A stretch of DNA of 64,000 nucleotides from Eledone cirrhosa. Lineage: Eukaryota. The stretch covers positions 20,088,001 through 20,152,000 of the forward strand of contig OZ024750.1 in NCBI GenBank assembly GCA_964016885.1, in the 5' to 3' direction. Shown piece by piece: positions 61,503-64,000 of the stretch. The notes beneath the pieces are model-generated. The model saw nothing but the letters and a program-made list of their open reading frames with translations, was not told where the DNA came from and ran no database searches. A program made the translations under genes and the position numbers. Each line of letters opens with the position of its first letter. Within the stretch, counting starts at the first letter, position 1.

Positions 61503-64000
61503 TATACATGTGTGTGTGTTAGTGTGTGAGTATGTGTATACATATGTTGTCTGTGGCCGATTATTCATATATGATTGTACGTGTGTCGGTATCTGTGTAG
61601 GACATTGACTTTTCTCTTTTGATAATTCCACTGATCTGACGTATTTGCATGAGATTTAAACTGTCAGCTCTGTAAAACATATAATATCTCATCAGATAAT
61701 TTATTTGGTCTGTGATCTTAAATTTGTGTTTGCATTTTTTTTTTCATCTGAAAGGTCAATCACGTTAGGTACTTTAGATACTTCAATACCATATTACAAT
61801 TCAGGGCAAGATCTATACTGTTGCATGAATATTTAAAAAAAATATTTGTCAGCGTAAAATGATTTGTTAGGGGAGATTTCTAGTAGAAAATTTACATTTT
61901 GATTCATATCTTGTTAATTACAAATTATATTTATAGCGTTTTCTTTTTCCTGATCATATGCCTGTCCATACTTTCAATGATGCGTTGAGGTTATTAAGTA
62001 TTAAACCATAAATGTCTTATAAATGTGTTATATATGTTCCTTCTCTAAATAACAATTAGCCTGTGAAATCTGCTGATCTGATAGATCTTCCATATATTTA
62101 CTAGTTTATAGAGAAAGCTTATTTATTATATGATACTAAATTGCTTCTGTATCTGTAAGGCTGTAATATACCCAGAGAGATATAGGCTGAAGAATGTTCG
62201 TTGCAATTGCCGGAATGGTCTTTCTAACACAGATATATGAATTAATATACATTACGAAACATTACTGCATTAGGAAATGCTATGCCAGACTTTGAATTGC
62301 AATGCGATAACTCTTATATACTGATTTTCATTTTGAATTAAACTAGCCTCTGGTATATTCACTGGAATATTTCGTGGGTTATTTTCATAGAGGGTATATC
62401 TTGCAATATATCATAAGGTAGTCAGTTGTGCCCTTGTGTATTTACAAAGAACACAACATGTTTTTCAATAAATTATGTGCTCTTTCAATACCGTAACATC
62501 TACTATTATTGCCAGTTGGGAAACCTATTATCCACATACATAAATACATCTTGTTGAATTTGATAAACGTTACGATAATAATTGCCTTGAAAACAAATTC
62601 CTGATACATTGTGCTCTGAAGCTTTTAATCCTTCAGGTGTTCGGACAATGTAATTGCCATGTGATTGAGTCGCTTATTGGTCATGAGCTTTCTCACATAA
62701 ATATCGTATGTATTGGAGATGTATTGAGAATGGGTTCTTGCGACGCATTTGTCATGTGTTTGGGTTAGGTCATTGGCATGAGTCTTATGACGTATTTGTC
62801 ATTGTGATCTTTGACATATACATGATTATTCTCTCGTTTAGAGTACTCAGTTTACCAGTCGTATATAGGTGAGACTACTGTAGGGACAAATACGTCATTG
62901 TTAATATTGTCTTCATTTTGACACATTTACATACGTCCTAATTTAGAATTAAACAACAAATTACACGAGTGATGTAAGGAGGTCAAGTTTTCGTCAGGTA
63001 ACCGGGCAATATCTTCTGAGAACCTTTCATCAGAAGCTATGATATAAGGTGGCAGTTTGAGATGAATTCTTCGGGATTTATGTTGTATGAGAATTAACAT
63101 ATAATATACACGTGTTCAATGGCTGTTACTAATTGAATGTCTCAATACATCATCTCCTTGCAGAATGTGTTTAGATAAATTTGCTATTTTCAAGCAGGTC
63201 GTAATGGAAGAACGTTCTGCTATCTTACTAGATGGGGCCTTTAAAGTCATTAAATATAAGCTTGGTATGACAAATAATTTCGTCATCAATAACGTAACAT
63301 AGCGCAGCGTAGAGATGAACAGAGGGAAACTAGTGCAGATTCTCTTTTAATCAATAGATAAAGTGTTAACTTCTATTATAATAACTTTCTTAAACATTCA
63401 TTTAAAAGCTAGTAAATATTATTAGAATATTCCACTATTATGCCTAGAAGAAAGAGATTATTATTTATATAGGCATGTAATGTACGAAATTGCAACATGT
63501 TTTGCCAGCCGCGTTTACATGAAGTTAGCGATGTAGTTCAATATCTGACGTCGAATACATAGCGGGAGGTGACAGAAATAATTAATTATTGTTTCGGGCA
63601 TCATTGCCCCATTTCATATAATCCACACAGATCAATAATTGATTATATACCATATTAAGTCTCCTGTATTTAAATCCATTGAAATATTCGTATTTGAGCC
63701 CATGGTTATATGACAGAAATACATATGTAGTGCGTAAATATTTATGTAGCATTTACATTCTATTTTTGATTCATAACTGTTTTCTATTTTTCTGCATTTA
63801 TATATTATACAATATTTTATTTTATTGTTGAATGCACAATGAGTAGCTTGCGGCGGCTCTTCTCTGATTATATCCTACTAGAATAGGTTACGTTATTCAA
63901 GTATATACAGTAGATAAGATTTTATACAACAGTGTACATATTCACACGTCAACCGGAATCAATATGGCGCTATGGTATTTCCTGTGCAGCATATTTTATA

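Overview
AT-rich, microsatellite-dense eukaryotic non-coding DNA, either intergenic or a large intron. The SINE, LINE and microsatellite content suggests an octopod cephalopod, but that is inference. No intact host gene is supported, and almost all listed ORFs are artefacts of (TA)n, (CA)n and (TAA)n repeats. Supported content: many (TA)n arrays up to ~1.5 kb; about ten copies of a tRNA-derived SINE, several with clear ATTAT-starting target-site duplications (TSDs); degenerate CORE-type SINEs; RTE LINE fragments, one with a 5' inversion; a decayed R4/Dong LINE with a restriction-like endonuclease and nested (TAA)n-tailed 3' ends; and a pogo-like MITE. The main signal is a set of unrelated short non-coding elements (~100-640 bp) inside or against (TA)n tracts. 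They carry type I hammerhead ribozyme (HHR) motifs (complete at 26677-26726 and 50522-50608; partial or degenerate at several other sites), and most have a fold-back inverted 5' end. Two also have a terminal direct repeat, giving 437 and 463 nt periods. This looks like a diverse population of Penelope-dependent, retrozyme-like elements. A second recurring pattern is inverted duplication of the unique flanks of (TA)n tracts.
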